A stretch of DNA of 48,746 nucleotides from Octopus bimaculoides. Its lineage: Eukaryota. The stretch covers positions 40,293,357 through 40,342,102 of the forward strand of contig NC_068982.1 in assembly GCF_001194135.2 (NCBI RefSeq), written 5' to 3'. The notes under the pieces are model-generated. The model did not search any database. It saw nothing but the letters and a program-made list of their open reading frames with translations, and was not told where the DNA came from. A program made the position numbers and the translations under genes. How positions within the stretch are numbered: the first letter of the stretch is position 1; every line of letters begins with the position of its first letter. Shown one piece after another: positions 1-13,399 of the stretch.

Positions 1-51
<51 letters not shown>

Positions 52-1723
52 CACACACACACATATATATATGTATATATATATTATATATACATATAGA
101 AAGAGAGAGGGGGAGGGGGAGATAGTCAGACCAGATAGACAAAGGGATGGGGAAGATATGGATATAGATATACATATATATATATATATATCTACCTGAT
201 ACTTCTAGGCATCGACTAGATTATCGGATGTTGTTATACACCATTGATCTCAATGAGCTTCCAATTCTTGTTTACGTTATTCTTTTCCATTTTCGTCTCA
301 ATCGTTTAAATTAGTCGCCTTCTGCTTGTCGTGGAGACCTACTGAGTGCCTTTTAACGATTTCTTGGATACCACTCAGCACCTCCACGGGTGTCACTGAC
401 TGAAGTGAACCTTCTGGAAGGTTCAGTACAATGGAATACATGCTTTAGGTATTCTGTGATCATATCGTTCACTCCGCTCTATTTTTGAATTACTTCATTT
501 CGGATGTTTTGCAATATTGTTCTTAACTTGGATCTGTCCCTGGTCTTTTGCAGCGTAGCCAGGCAATGTTCTTCCCTCCTCGTTTATAGTTTGACTGTTA
601 GACATCCAGATCAGTAGCCACGTGTTAATTTTGTTTTGTAGTCCTATTCCTGTCAGCTTTGTCACCTAAATACTTTAGCGGTAGGCTACCATGTCAGCAG
701 TCACGTGGTAATCTTTGATGTGCCTGGGTCTGTTGAGCAGCTACTGTCCTTCGTTCACTGAGGCTGTGAATAGTTCCAGTAATATGCATCTCTATCTGAT
801 TTGAAAATACAGCTGTAATACTGTGCATTGAGATTTGTCAAAGCGTTATTAACATAGTCATAGCGTAGCAGAGTATTAACATACATAGATTATGTCTTCG
901 ATTTAATGAAACTTGTTTACTACTTGCTGTGATGTGATAAAAATGAAACGCAAGAACGTTCAAAAAGGGAGAAGTAACAAGCGTAAAACAAGGTATATCG
1001 TTTCCATTGATGTTCTCTCAAAGACTGCACATTTAGTCTTATCCTATCAATATGGAATTTACACATAGTATGTCTAAACGTTACAGAAGAAAATACTATT
1101 CCAAAAGAAATTATTAAGTATGTCGTGGTTCTCTATAAGCTTTCAATAACTTTATAGGATTGAAAATAACTGTAAAACGTTCAAGGGTGCTACTAATTAA
1201 TAATTATGGAATTTACAATTTGTAGGAAAATAAAAGCAGTAAGTTATATATCGACGTGAATATATCTATATTTTTTGTACGTGTATTTATACAGATTAAT
1301 ATCTTAGAAGTTTACTTGGTAGAATACTAAATAGCGTCATACATGAATTCGTGTGGTGCGGCGCAACAATATCAACTTGGTTTGAGCAAAGCCTTGTTCG
1401 ACAGAATATTTTCTAAAGGTTTATGGCAACATAGCAAATTAATACGTTTGAATAAAGAAATACGAGAGAGGATATAATCGAGTGAAGAGAGTCTATCAAA
1501 AAGGTCAGCAGGGTAACCAGAGTGAGATTTTGAAATGAGTCGGTAATAAAGGTCTTGAATTAAACAGAAACTAAATCCTATCGACGTAGTTTTTGTCTCT
1601 AAAAGGATAATGGTCATAGAGTATATTTTAAGTATATAAATACGCACACAAATGCATGTGAGGTCCAGCTGAAACTTTCATAGGCTGACCAAGATACTTT
1701 CATGGAATGTCACTAAATGAGGT

Positions 1724-2895
1724 TTATTTTTCAACGTCCTCACACTTCATCCATCCGTGTTGCAGTGCTTATATTCCATTGGTGAAACGTGTTTCGTCCT
1801 CTTGGTCAAAAGCCTCCTCAACAGCAGATACAACTTCGTCATAATCGTGATAATGGTTCCCAGTCAAGTGCTTTTTCATTGTGGGAGACAGATGATAGTC
1901 ATACGGGGCCAAATCAGGAGAATTAGGAGGGGGATCAACCGATTCACACACAAAGTCACACACAAAAGTCATTGAAACCAAGGACTTGTGTACTGGAACA
2001 TTGTCTTGATAAAACAAGATTCCTTTCGTCAGTTTTCTTGGGTTTTTGGCCCTGGTAGCTTTTCGTAACTTACTCAGCAAGTTGGCATAGTACTCTCCAT
2101 TGATAGTGTGACTCTTTTGAATAAACACAATGCCTTTTATATCCCAAAAAGTCTGAGGCCATCAACTTCCCTACATGAAACAACCTTGGCCTTGTTTGGA
2201 ACAGGTGAGGATGGGTGTTTCCACTACATGGATTGTCCATTTGTTAATGGCTTAAATCATTATGCCAATACTCATTCTGGGCTAGGAAACTGTTATATCG
2301 CACGTTCGGATGACCTCTGCGCAACTACACAGTGGCTGTGTGAGCTACGAAATCCTCGTCGCCACTGTTATATCGCAATACTACACAGTGGCTGTATGGT
2401 TGAGTCGCGGTCATCCGAACGTGCGATATAACAGAAACGTTCAAGGAAACTAGTTGGGTCTGCCTCAAACAATGTTGTATTTTCCCGTAATGCGATGGTG
2501 CTCTTTTGATCAGGTCTCAGAAAACGTGACACCAACTGAGTAGAAACCTTCATTGGGCAGAATATTCTCGACTTTTTCATGGAATATTCCAATAGCATTG
2601 ACTACATAATTTATAGTCAGTCACTTTTCATTTTATATTTTAAGTATATAAACACGCGCACAAATGCATGCTGAAACGTTCCTGGTGGTGGCCGTTGCAG
2701 GATGCCCAAACTTAGGGTCATCTTCAAGCCTCCCTCTTCCCCTCTTAAATTCAGTTACACACTTTTGTATTGTTGATAAAGTTGGAGCATCATACCCAAA
2801 TGTTGCAACAGCGTCAACATGAATATTCTCGTGAGGTACAGCTTTCTTTGTGGGAGATCGATAACATCACGATGCCAAATTTTGTCCATTTTCAT
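1724..2895 (-). pseudogene. Decayed mariner (DD34D) transposase, interrupted by stops, indels, a MITE and a templated insertion
   Basis: Minus-strand translation gives MKMDKIWHR (start 2895), EFKRGRGRLEDDPKFGHPATAT, FEADPTSFLERFLAQNEYW, YQDNVPVH...PPNSPDLAPYDYHL (34 residues between the two Asp) and WMKCEDVEK*. These match mariner HTH, catalytic and C-terminal motifs. Confidence 0.93.
2290..2434. mobile_element. 145-bp MITE with perfect 26-bp TIRs and AAA target duplication, nested in the mariner
   Basis: ctgttatatcgcacgttcggatgacc (2290-2315) is the exact reverse complement of 2409-2434. AAA flanks both ends, and removing the insert plus one AAA restores the FLERFLA frame. Confidence 0.92.
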
Positions 2896-3180
2896 GAGAA
2901 GTCGCTACTAGATACTTTTGAAGCTGTGAAATCTTGCATGTATTAATTGTATTAATTTCAACGTTATCTGCGTTGTTTCTTTATAAGGAAACTGGCATCT
3001 GATTGTTCTTGCTTTTCTTACTTTACCTGTATTTTTAATCCTCAGGGAGATTTAGGAGAAATGTAAAACGTGAACATGTTAGGAAGGTTGAGAAACGTTT
3101 CCGAAATAGCAAAGAGCACACATATGGGCGCCTTCACAGTACTAAGTTACACTATATCTGTGTTATAGCATATATACATA

Positions 3181-3397
3181 TTCTTTTCTACTCTAGGCAC
3201 AAAGCCCAAAATTTTAGGGAAGGGGGCCACTCGATTAGATCGACCCCAGTACGCAATTGGTACTTAATTTATCGACTCCGAAAGGATGAACCGCAAAGTT
3301 GACCTCGGTGGAATTTGAACTCAGAACGTAAAGACGGACGGAATACCGCGAAGCATTTCGCCCGGCGTGCTAACGTTTCTGCCAGCTCGCCCCCTTA
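3181..3397 (-). mobile_element. tRNA-derived SINE, family A (central block recalled as Meta/MESC-like), near full length
   Basis: Minus strand reads ggcgagctggcagaaacgttag (A box) ... gagttcaaattcc (B box) ... catcctttcggagtcgataaattaagtacc; about 25 homologous copies in the window. Confidence 0.9.
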
Positions 3398-3440
3398 ATA
3401 TATAAATATTACATATGTGTGTGTGTGTGTGTGTGTGTGG

Positions 3441-3690
3441 TGGCCCAATGGCCCAATGGCCCAATGGTTAGGGCAGCGGATTCGCGGTCGGAGGATCGCG
3501 GTTTCGATTCCCAGACCGTGCATTGTGAGTGTTTATTGAGCGAAAACACCTAAGCTTCACGAGGCTCCGGCAGGAGGTGGTTGCGATCCCTGCTGTACTC
3601 TTTCGTCCCGTCCAGCTGGTGGGGAACAGATACGCTATAGAAGCCGGGAAACCGGGCCCATGAGCCTGGCTAGGCTTTGAAAGGTTGCAT
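3441..3690 (+). mobile_element. tRNA-derived SINE, family B head with a distinct tail
   Basis: tggcccaatggttagggcagcgg ... ggtttcgattccc (A/B boxes); 3457-3602 is homologous to 48163-48309. Confidence 0.85.
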
Positions 3691-3827
3691 AAAAATATAT
3701 ATATATATAATTTTCAATTAATAATAAAAGGGTAAAATTAATTAATTAAATTAATTAATCAATCAATTAATTAATAATTTTACCAAGTAGATCGGTACGT
3801 TAAAATAACCTTTATAGGTAAAATTTA

Positions 3828-4071
3828 TACAAATATTCTGTAATTATAAACATAATTATGATTAGGGGTCAGTTGATTGCTTCACTGCATACTGAATTTA
3901 GAAATAGGAGTTAAAAATTCCTTTTCTACTACCGTAAGATTCTCCCAGACAGGAACACACTTTTTTTACGGTAGTAGAAAGGGAATTTTTAACTCCTATT
4001 TCTAAATTCGGTATGTGGTGAAGCAATTAGCTGACCCAAAATTATAATTATGTTTGTAATTATAGAATATT

Positions 4072-4075
<4 letters not shown>
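3828..4075. repeat. Fold-back inverted repeat, 110-bp arms (3828-3937 / 3966-4075), 28-nt spacer
   Basis: Manual alignment: 98/110 identity between the left arm and the reverse complement of the right arm, no indels. Confidence 0.95.
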
Positions 4076-4103
<28 letters not shown>

Positions 4104-5597
4104 CATTCATATAAGAATAATGATTAATTTTATGTAAGTTCTAGTGTAGCTTTATCACGTTACTTTCACTGATTTTATAGTTATTAAATATCAAGCCAAA
4201 TCTTAAATATTTTAGGATCGCCAATCTGACTAGCTCTGAAACTTTCTAGAAATAGAGCAACAGCTACTATCTCACGTAAGTTATTGCAGTTAGTAGAAAA
4301 AATTACTCTAAATTGATGAAAATTAATCACCCATTCTTCTTACCAACCAGTTAAATTTTCTTTAGACCCATTTTATAGTTATGACAGCTGAACAAGAAAT
4401 TGTTATCTACCCATTAGTTTGTTCCTGTTACGCAGTTGCTGCTGCCAATATTCTTTTGTATATGTGTAATACAAGAACCAATGACGTCTATTTATGAGCT
4501 AGATTTTCTTAATCTCTTTCCTTCGTTCTGAGAGCTTCTTAGAATAGAAATATTTCATTGAAAATATTGAATACCATTCACAAAGACGCCTCATTCTTCC
4601 ATCACATGATAATTAGATCTGTTGTTGGCATATCAATCAAAAGGTGATATGACGAACACAACTTTGGCATGTTAAGCTTTATATAAATTATACGAAACAG
4701 CAGTTCGCTAGAATCTGTATTATTTCTCTAGAATTCTTTGTATGAGTTTGTTTGTAGCTATTTGCGTACGTATTTTTTGATGTGTGTAGTATGTGTACGT
4801 GTATGCGTGTACGTGTACTGAACATCTCAGTTGTTGTCTGCCAACACTTATTTAGTATATTCAAGTAAATATTTTTGCCAAAGTATAAGTAGTTAAAATA
4901 TTTTTTCTCTGAAAATGTATTATAATTATCAGGTAGTTTAAGCATAATACCCTTTCATACCGAAGAATACTGTGATAGCAGTTACTATGCATATTATAAA
5001 ATGCCACAATGGGATATTTTTTAGTACGACACTGTCATAATCATTTCAAAGTAGATAAAATTAACTCGGAAATGACAAAACTAAAAGTCCTGCACTTTTA
5101 ACAACTAGAATACAACATAGATTACAGAGTCAAAGTGGGATGTGCTTGTTTTGGAACCTAATTTTAACTGTAAGACGCAGTAAGACGCTCTAAGATGCTT
5201 CAAGATTTAAGGGACTTGTCCATTCACATGTCAGAACGTCAAGAAGAGATTAAGAAATAAAGATCGACATTGCCTAGAGTCGTAAATATAGCTTGATGCA
5301 TTCTTATGTGGAATCAGTGAGAGAGGGAGAAAAATAAATGGTTTGCATGCAGACTCTCTACGAGTGCGATTGTTTGTAATAAACACAATTTTCCTTGTTT
5401 TAATTAAAATATCAAATCAGATATCTACATGAATGTAGAATGAGAGGGTGGGTGAATACGTTTTGTTGTAAATTTCTGACATAGTTTCAATCAATCAAAT
5501 GTTCTAAATGAAGAGAAATGATTTATTCACTGCCTGGCCACATTTATATAACTATATATGTATATCTATATATGCAAGTGTATATATACGTGTATGT

Positions 5598-5633
<36 letters not shown>

Positions 5634-7010
5634 ATATACAGATATATATTTATGCGTGTGTCTGTGTATCTGTGTCTATGAGTCTGTGTGTTTACATGTG
5701 TCTGCGCGCGTGTGTCTGTGTCTGTGTGTTTGCTTGTATATGTATGTATAATTGTCATTTTGTCTTCAAGCAATTACTGAATTATCGAGAACCAGTACAT
5801 TTGTATAAAAAGGAAAAAAAAACACAAACACCTTAGCTTTCCATCCTAATCATTCAATTCCATCACACAGTAGAAATTGCAATAATAAACAATGAGTAAA
5901 TAAGAAAAAAAAAATACTCAACGAAAAATTATCTACTTTCATCGATTTCAACGCTAAAATATTTTGCTTAGGGCAGTCATTTCTTTCTTGTCGTTGTGTC
6001 TGGGTTTTTTTTTGTGTGTTTTTTTTGTGTGTTTTTTTTTCCTCTTTCTTTTGTCTTTTATTTCGATAATACATCTTTCAGAGAAATATGTTTTACGTCA
6101 ATCGACATTATTACTGAATCTGTTTAGTAGAATCACACCAATTGGAACACATTTATATGTCGCAAATCTTTTCATTTCTTTGTATTCACGTAATAGAATA
6201 TCAATGAAATATACCTTGTTTCTTCCATCATTTCTCCGAACTATCAAAACTACTTAACTAAGTCGATTTATTTCATTTCTTTCTATCATTCTTTATCAAT
6301 TTATCGTTCTAGACTCAAGAAAGAAGAGGTCCGTATAAGATCCAGGGCAGAACTTCTGGAAATGAGAGAGCAATGGCGAAGGTTATTATCTTTTTATAAC
6401 AATTTATTCATATATCCTACATTCATTTTTATCAATGTCATTCTATTGATGATTCTTCCTTTCTTATTTTACCTACTTATTTCTTCCTACATTCTATCCT
6501 AAAATGTATCGTGTTCAATTTCTGCATCATTTTACTACCATATAATTGAAAACAATATATTTAATTAAATCCTTTTAAAAATATTTTAGACAACGTCAAT
6601 CCGAAACTGCAAATCTTTCGTGAGTTGAAATTTGATGTACTTCTAAAACTGATAATAATATAGCGGAATGCTGTGTCTTGGTTTTAATGCTTGCTTTAAT
6701 AACGGTAGAATGGTAGAATGGTAGTGTTTTGCTTATATCACATATATATATATATATACATATATTTATGTATATGTATATAACATTCAGTAGACATCAT
6801 ACGTAGAATGTTGTTGGCTAGTAGTTTTGAATTTTCAATAAGTTGATATTTTTTCAGATTTATGAACACAATGTATATGAATGAAAAATAATGTGTGTAT
6901 ATATGTATATATATATATATTTATATATACGTATAATATACGATATATATAATATATATATATGTATTATACGATATATATAATTTATATATACATATAT
7001 ATGTATACAC

Positions 7011-7052
<42 letters not shown>

Positions 7053-8884
7053 TAGCATAGTGTAGTTTGAGTGAAGCCTTTTGTGATAGTTGAGGTTAAA
7101 ATTGAAGTTGTAGAAAAGCCAATACAATGCAGCTTGAAATATTGGAGTGAAAAGATGAGTAATGAAGACAAAACAATTGTTCACACTTTACCGTATATTA
7201 CTGTACTTCGCGCCTAATGTCCTCGTTCTTCACGTGAAAATGGAACATTGTGTTCAACTGGTATTTTTACTCACATGTGTGAAAGAGTTTGGAGGATGGT
7301 ATTTGCGAGTTGGAAACAAAAAATAGCTAAGAGGTATGCACACACTGCACAACCTGCCTATTTACGATTTGAACATGTTCTCGAAAGCCTCTGTAACTGC
7401 TGCAACACATACAATGAATACACCGTTCGAAAGCTACATTTACTCATCAAGCAACACGTGAGATCAGACATGTGCACACGCAATTCATTCAAACAATAAA
7501 TAAAAGAAAAGCCACATTCGAAACACATTAAGACAACAGAATGTAACATCGGCCATTTAAGGTCATGAGGTCCATCAAAGCTATCGATCAACAACAAACG
7601 AGAATTACGTAAGGTAAATTGTTTATCGTAAGTATACCATTCTATACATGCCCACAATTCCAAGTCCACTTCCTCCTATATATCTAAACAAAAAACTTAG
7701 CAACACGACACTATCCTACGTTTTCTCCAACCGCGGAGTTATTAACCTCGAAATATCGGAAAATGAGGTAAAGTGTAAGACGCTGGTTTTGTTAACATTA
7801 CTTGATTACCACTGTATTTTCGTTCCTATATTTCAATTGGCATTGTATTGGTTTTCGAACATCTTTTTAACTCGATATATGTGTCGTTCATTACAATTTG
7901 ATATATGGTTCTGCGTATTGTATATCTTACAATTGTCTATACCTCATACCTTTTCTCTCGCTCTCTGACTTTTCTTCCTTTTTATATATGTATGCACACA
8001 CACACACACACACTCATATATATACATATATATATATATGCGTGTGTATATTGTGAATATATATATATATATATATATATATAGGGATTCAGAAATACAT
8101 GCATACATACATTTATAAATATATGATATACACACATACATGTCTGCTCTCTTAATTCACGCTTTTTTATAGAGTGAAATATATCTTACCTATTACTTCA
8201 TTTTATATGCATTTATGGGCATACATGCTCGTACACATACACATATACCAATTAATTATGTACCTGCAAAGGAAGAATTTCCAGCAACTGATTTCTAACA
8301 ACTGTTCTGATTTATCGAATCGCGTCGTCTGTTTTGTGGTGGTTATTGTTCTTGTTCTTGTTTTTTTTGTTGTTTTTTTTTGATAAACAGAGAATATTTG
8401 TGCAACATTCTAGATACAGGATGATAGTATCAGAGTTATAGAAATTTGATGACTATTCAACGTTTTGAGAACATGTGCAAACTGTTCCTAAAAATCTTAT
8501 TTTAAGCTCGTTTCCTCTTGAAAAGATTCAATCTAATGGAATATCTTATGAATTCTCATTGAACATGAAGCTAAATAGCACCATAGATCGCCTTCGGCGT
8601 TAAAGAAATGGTATAGTATTATGCTATATCACAAATATGTACCTCTAGCAACTTTGTGCAACTGCCACGAAGTTTTGATGTTCCATATTACACATTGAAT
8701 ATACGCTTTTAAAGGGTAGCATGGATCTCGTTTTGTGGGAATATTCACGTTATTTTATTTGCAAGTTAGTATTTTGTCTGGCATCCCACTACCATGGCAA
8801 TAATTTCTATCACACTAATTACCATACATTATATATCTCCTTCTTTAATTATTATTATCCTTATTATTCTACAGCTGTATAACA

Positions 8885-9075
8885 GTCAGCTCAACATGCT
8901 TAGCGTCATTCTGTCCGGCTTTATGTTATGAGTTCAAATCCCGCCAAAATCGACTTTGCCTTTCATCCCTTCGGAGTCGACGAAATAAGTACCCGACACG
9001 CACTGGGATTGATGTAATCGGCAAGTCCCCTCCCACAAAATTTCAGGCCTTGTGCCTAAAGTAGAAAGGATTGTT
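8885..9075 (+). mobile_element. SINE family A copy, 5'-eroded
   Basis: gagttcaaatcccgcc ... gactttgcctttcatcccttcggagtcgacgaaataagtacc ... ggccttgtgcctaaagtagaaagg. Confidence 0.85.
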
Positions 9076-10021
9076 ATATTAAAACTTAACTCATAAACTA
9101 GATTCAAATGTAGTTCATAGAAATGGCTAAAATCAACAAATTTGTGGGTACTTTTTACATGAAGAATCCATGAATGAATTCATTGAGGGATGTACATATT
9201 GCTTTGCAAGATAAGGAAGCATTCGTTAAATATGACGTACTTCTGATCCTAAAGCCCCTTTTCTTGACTGTGATTCTATACAATCTAACCGCGCTGCGCA
9301 GCAATTGTAATGGTGGTGAGCACAATCGACGCTTTGTTCAGTTAATATTTCATTGTATCGACTCGGCCGTCTGCAGTTCTAGTGATAAAGTCACGCAAAT
9401 AACTAAACTGGAATATAACTAACGTCCAATATATGAGCCAATAAAGTAAATTCAGAATAAATCCCATCGCAGTGTAAAATGTTTCGTAGCAAAGTAATTA
9501 TCTATAAAAACATACCGTGAAGAATGTTGGAGCATAGACATTCTGGGAGTTTTCTAATAAGCTTTCACATGCTGAAGATACAGAGTTTGGGTCAAATATG
9601 CCCACTCCCAATCTTAGAAAAGATCAACATATCAATAATGCATAACTGTCATGCTTTTTTTACACACAATTCCATTAGTAGAACTTTAAGTTTTCGTGTT
9701 TAAACAAACATTCAGTAAATGTCAAGGGAAGAATGCGCTAGACGAGATTGATTAAGAACATATACGGTTTATTGATTTTGCTTGTAATAATTTTATCATA
9801 AGTCTGTGTAAACAGCAAGTGAATAAATCAAGTTATTCTATACTTTCATAAACATTCCCTCCTGATTTTATTCTAAAACAAATCAAAAAAATCTACTTTT
9901 GATAAAATATTAGGAATTCAAAACATTAAAAAAATATTGCATATATCACCAAAGAGTGAATGATGTTCTCATCCTGAATATTTCAACTTACAATTTACAT
10001 AGATTCGATTATATATATATA

Positions 10022-10077
<56 letters not shown>

Positions 10078-10783
10078 CGCGCGCGCGTGTGTGTATAGGT
10101 ATGTTTGCATATATGTGTACACACATATGTATGTACATACGTGCAAGACTTGGAGAGGGTTATGTTCCACCAGGTCTAAATTGCCCAACCCAGCGCCCCG
10201 ACGACTCCATCAGGGACTTCACGAACAATGGCATGACATAGTATGGCATGGAATGACAAGGTATGGTCTATATTTACTAATATATGGGTGGTGGATGAAT
10301 GAATGCATGGATGAATAGATGAACGTGTGTACGTAAGTATGGAGTAATCACCTTATCAACCAACTGATGTTCGTAAATAATAATGACCTGAATTACTATT
10401 TTCTTCTGAAGATCTGGCATTTCAATGTTATTATATAATCATCTACGTAACCATTACTGCATGACATACTAGACGTTGCTTATGAAAGACGCGTAAAAAT
10501 TGCAATTTATGATGTTATCATGAAGTTCTTTGATTCTCCTGTTTATTACATTAGCAACAAATGTCACGTGGATATAAAAGTAGACGTTTGAGTTACGGGT
10601 AAAATCCGCTGGACGGGTTTTCTCACAGTTTCCTTCTTCACAATTTCCCAAACAGTTCATGGCTCAAATTACAACGAAACACACATTTCCAAATTGCCAT
10701 ACTGTAGCACCGAACACTTGGCCTTTTTATTAAAAAGTGAACTAATTCTTAACTATTCTCCCATTCTGTGTATATATACATAC

Positions 10784-10839
<56 letters not shown>

Positions 10840-11217
10840 NNNNNNNNNNNNNNNNNNNNNNNNNNNNNNNNNNNNNNNNNNNNNNNNNNNNNNNNNNNNN
10901 NNNNNNNNNNNNNNNNNNNNNNNNNNNNNNNNNNNNNNNNNNNNNNNNNNNNNNNNNNNNNNNNNNNNNNNNNNNNNNNNNNNNNNNNNNNNNNNNNNNN
11001 NNNNNNNNNNNNNNNNNNNNNNNNNNNNNNNNNNNNNNNNNNNNNNNNNNNNNNNNNNNNNNNNNNNNNNNNNNNNNNNNNNNNNNNNNNNNNNNNNNNN
11101 NNNNNNNNNNNNNNNNNNNNNNNNNNNNNNNNNNNNNNNNNNNNNNNNNNNNNNNNNNNNNNNNNNNNNNNNNNNNNNNNNNNNNNNNNNNNNNNNNNNN
11201 NNNNNNNNNNNNNNNNN
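10840..11217. other. Assembly gap (N run) between (GT)n and (AT)n
   Basis: N characters; overlapping ORFs are artefacts. Confidence 1.
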
Positions 11218-13399
11218 TATATATATATATATATATGTTCTACAAATCCAGAGATTTTAAGGTGCATTACAAATGGCTTCCAAGCCGGAAGTAAACTTAC
11301 CTTACACTGTTTCGATGGCATTGGTCAAGAAATTGAATAAAATGATTATGCATAACTAACGTTAATCCCCTTTTGGAACGTCTTTTTTAACCAGTATTTC
11401 TAACAACTACTAGTATTTAGCATTGTAAACAAAATATTTCTCTTATTAACTGAAAGGTTCTCGGTTTCAACATGTTATAACACTTCTTTAATCAGTCCTA
11501 GGAATATGAGAGACCCTTTCGACTACAATTTTATTTGAACATATACTGAGTTAATTTGCAGTGAAATATGTTGTAACGCATTCTGTTCATGGTTACCACT
11601 ATTAATATTAACATCGCACAAAGCAATATACAGATTTTCTGTTATTGGAAACAAGTTTAGACATTTTTCGGGAGCTGTTTTAGATCATTGAATCAATGTT
11701 ACTGGTACATACTTTACTGACGACAGAGAAAGGGTAAAAATTCAGACAGGCTTTAGTTGGATTTGAAATCAGAAAGCTATTCCTATTACTGGTTCGTTAG
11801 CTCATGTTTCGAGCAAAACACTGAATTTGTAATAAGTAAAGGGCTGGTTTCTAGTGAAACATTGGCATGCTACTGTTTTCTAACTAACTTCGCATGTTTA
11901 AAATTTTAATCTAGATCGGTTACAGTTGAGCTTAGATGAAAGAAACAGGATGCTGCAGCGCATTTAGTCAAGTGTTGAAGCTTTTCTGTTCCATCTTTTC
12001 GTTTTCCAACAAACTCAGTTAAATACCGCTATTAACGACTCAACTCTCAACTTTCTACGTCGAAAATACTCATATAGTTTGGAGAAAGACACACCTTTGG
12101 ATTAACGGAATCATTGAGATTAAATTTTTACTGAAAGTAACATAAGAAAAATAAATCAACTAACTGAATTCAATCTATTCTGAGATTTAAAATTCAGCAA
12201 TTCGGTGTTTGGTCATGTCTTCGAAAAGATCGTAGAAAATGTTTGTACTAATCAGTAAGAGTAAAACATTCATTATTTTTGTGATAATGGGCAAACTGTT
12301 CTTCAACAGATCCTTCTTGAACAAACTAAAAATTTTCTATCCACGTCGCGAACCAGTTTTGTTGACAGAGCAGATCATTAATCAATATTTAGAGTATAAT
12401 GTTCTTTAGATCAGATGCTTCGAAATTTAAATGCGAGAAGCTTTGTATGCATATCGTCACATGGAAAGAAAAGCCGACTTAGATTACATAATGGTTATTT
12501 TTTTATGCGGAGTTGTTAACATTTCGTTAATTCAGTTCTCCGACATTAGCCGAGTTTCGAACATTTCCAGTGAAAATTGATGAGGAAATACTACTTATAC
12601 AGTCTCTGTAAGATCATATTAGGAATTAATTTATAGTTTTTCAAATAATGCATATAATCAACATAATTTGAAACACAAGGAAAATGGTGTTGTTAAAAGG
12701 GGTGGCCTAATATTGAGCAGGAGATAAGCTCACGATGGACAGGAATTACAAATGAGTTCTGATACTTGATTAAAGCAAATTCACTACCTTAAACAAAAAT
12801 ATGTTTTTGATGCCATTCACCTATTTGTCTGTGGTTCTTGTTTCTTTCAAACAATATGAGAAGTGCAAAATCACATTCAGATCCTAATTTGCCCCACAAT
12901 TATGCCATGAAGAAGCAAGAAAATGTATTTGCTTCAATTTTCAGTCGCAGCCACTTCAGTTCATTTACAGTCAACGCTTTTTAGAAAAATGAAATTCTAA
13001 TCCCTCTACCCTATGAAATCTAAGTTTGTGTTCGTACGTAAGAAATCAAGTTAACTAAGTAGAACTGTAAGGCAATTATTTGAAATACGCTATATTTGCT
13101 TTTAATGTAAGTCATTATTCTCCAATTTTCAAGTGAATATATTTTTATTTTTTACGTAACAGTAATTTTCTCCAATCAAATTTCATGCCATTTGAAATCC
13201 ATTTCTAAAATATATTAGCAACGTAAATAACAAGTAAATGCTACAGAAAAACAGCCAAATTGAAAATCGGACTCAGACCTTAGCAAGCATACATTTTATT
13301 TAAAACATGTCTCTCAAGTTCCACTCTTCGCTTTCATTTCTAATATTAGAATAAAAAGCAACACTGAACAGTAAATTAGAAACTTCAGTAGTCAGGCAA

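Larger units (their letters stand above)
1657..2990 (-). mobile_element. Mariner DNA transposon relic; one terminus near 1657-1690, other end eroded
   Basis: Transposase remnant plus terminal-like tgtgaggtccagctgaaactttcataggctgacc beyond the stop codon. No matching TIR found near 2990, so that boundary is approximate. Confidence 0.8.

Noticed and set aside
3441-3520. tRNA-like folds at SINE heads
   Set aside because: They continue into SINE bodies and lack a complete cloverleaf, so they are not called as tRNA genes.
5518-5836. Overlapping CVCV/HTHT/YIYI ORFs here and at many other loci
   Set aside because: They are translations of (GT)n, (AC)n and (AT)n microsatellites.
7248-7669. Opposing 83-aa and 103-aa ORFs in unique DNA
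   Set aside because: No recognisable motif, and the lengths are within chance range; not excluded without RNA data.
10694-11340. Long ORFs of 166-401 aa spanning N runs (also 22.5, 29.3 and 35.1 kb)
   Set aside because: They are open only because N codons are not stops.
12198-12410. Two putative exons joined in frame by a 55-nt GT-AG intron
   Set aside because: The intron is very short, ORFs of this length are expected by chance and no family is recognisable.
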